Positions 62,468 to 64,000 of a DNA stretch of 64,000 nucleotides are shown in pieces (within the stretch, counting starts at the first letter, position 1; every line of letters starts with the position of its first letter). The DNA is taken from positions 587,882-651,881 of the forward strand of contig NW_005434663.1 in the NCBI RefSeq assembly GCF_000315625.1. Direction: 5' to 3'. Both the position numbers and the translations under genes were made by a program. This DNA is from Guillardia theta CCMP2712 (lineage: Eukaryota > Protista > Cryptophyta). Below the pieces are notes generated by a model. It made no database searches, was not told where the DNA came from, and worked only from the letters and a program-made list of their open reading frames with translations.

Positions 62468-64000
62468 ATGAGACGCGGTGCTGTCAAGCTGCTCGCCCTG
62501 CAGTTTGCCCTTCTGTCATGTCGGATCTGTGCAGCCATCCTCATGCCAGGCACTCAACTGATTCTTGCCTACGATCCGTCGATTGCGAACCTGTCAACCA
62601 ACATCAACTTGCTGTTTCAAGTTCAAACTGCGGGCCCTGCGACGAAGCTGCAGGGTTTTCTGATGAATTTCTCGGACTCCTCGACCTCTGTGAGCAGAGA
62701 CCTGCATTTCACGGAGGCTTGGAGCTCTCGGAATGCGGCGCCAGCGGGCAACGACACGCTCGCTTCAGTGGACCGCGTCTCCTGGAACAAGCTGACGTAC
62801 GCAATTGAGATTTCTTTCAAGAGGGAGCTTCCTAGTGGGTTCTGGGTGGACATCACCATCTCTTCCTCCAACGGGATCCGCCTCCCCGAGCGAGGGCTGT
62901 TGCAACAGGACTCGAGACTGGTGAACGAAGAAGTGCTTTCCTCTTCCTCGTGCTCGTAACCTTCTTGTGTCAGACGTTCAGCGGCGCCACGTGCATTTCC
63001 CCCGCCGTAGGAAGTTTTCTTGATATCGCCAACCCGACAGAGCTCCGGTAGGGAAGGGAAGGAGGGATGGAGTATCTATGGGAGAGGAAGGAGGGAAGAA
63101 GGAGATGAGGACGAGGAAAAATCGGGCAGGGGAGGAAGAAAAGTTCGACTGCGATGTGTGTCAAGGTATGACGGCATTCTGTTGCCTGCAGGGTGTCTGG
63201 AGATAAACTTGGGCAAATCATCTTCCGTCCTCATTTCCGTATTTTCCCTCAAGACAAGGTTCAGGATTGAGATGGTCTCAATCCTGAAACGAGACTAACA
63301 CCTCTTCTTCTTTCCTTCCCCTTCCCCTTCCCAACCTCCTCCTCTTTCTCCTCCTTCCAGGTCATCATCGACTTGCCGGATTTCTACACAACATCGGAGA
63401 CAAGCGTAGTCACCATAGGGGGCACCACGGAGAGTTGGAGTCTGAGCAAGAGGACACTGACAATACAGTTCAGCTCTACACAGGAGAAGGACGTGCTGCA
63501 GTCCATCTCCGTATGGCCGACCATCTCCATTCCTGTCAACGGGCTGCTATCATCGTCTACTGCCTTGACAATCTCCTGCGATTGTGCGGAAGGACCGGTA
63601 TGAGAACGAGGAGAACGAGGAGGAGGAGGAGGAGGAGGAGGAAGAAGAGTGCAAGGTGGAGGAGGAGTGGAGGGGGAGGACGAGGGGGACGAGGAGGACT
63701 GCAAGGAGGAGGAAGAGGAGGAGTGGAAACCCATCAGGGAACGAACACTTGTGCGAGCCAGCGGGTGATGAGAGATCGGAAATGGAAGAGGAGGAAGTAG
63801 CGTAGAGCTTATGCGCTTGCCCAGGTCACTCCTACCCCCTTCGTGAAGATCCCCGATGTTGTCGGATACATCGCACAGTCAAGCTTGAAGCTCAGCAAGA
63901 GCTCCTGCTTGTTCGACGGTTTCAGGTAGGGCATGTGCGAGAGAGCAGACGAGGGAGTGGGAGGGAGGAAGAGGATGAAGTGGGAGGGATGTAGAAGTGT
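62468..64000 (+). CDS. 3'-truncated secreted/surface protein with ~120-aa beta-rich repeats
   Basis: Signal peptide MRRGAVKLLALQFALLSCRICAA. Repeated unit SWN..TYAIEI..ITISSSNGIRLPERGL / SWS..RTLTIQ..ISVWPTISIPVNGL, in GT-AG exons. Confidence 0.75.

Overview
Gene-dense eukaryotic nuclear DNA from a draft assembly, with four 100-N gaps. Introns are numerous, short, GT-AG and full of microsatellites, so most ORF-track entries are exon fragments or artefacts. Signal peptide + 'AF' plastid presequences, the intron style and the protein families suggest a cryptophyte alga such as Guillardia theta (inference). By hand splicing I reconstruct about 20 genes. They include a He_PIG Ig-repeat protein, an SVBP-motif protein, two PPR proteins (one with a LOTUS-like domain), a Dam1/DASH Ask1-like protein and a dienelactone hydrolase. 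A ~13.5-kb gene encodes two NACHT-like modules, DUF4062 and a SPRY domain. Others are a secreted LysM protein, a beta-helix+WW protein, an SLC35A nucleotide-sugar transporter, an intronless divergent TBP-like gene, a PH+cNMP protein, Ubc12 and a K/E/A-rich coiled-coil protein with tripartite thylakoid-lumen targeting. I saw no rRNA, tRNA, CRISPR or intact transposon. All domain calls come from motif recognition by eye, not database searches.
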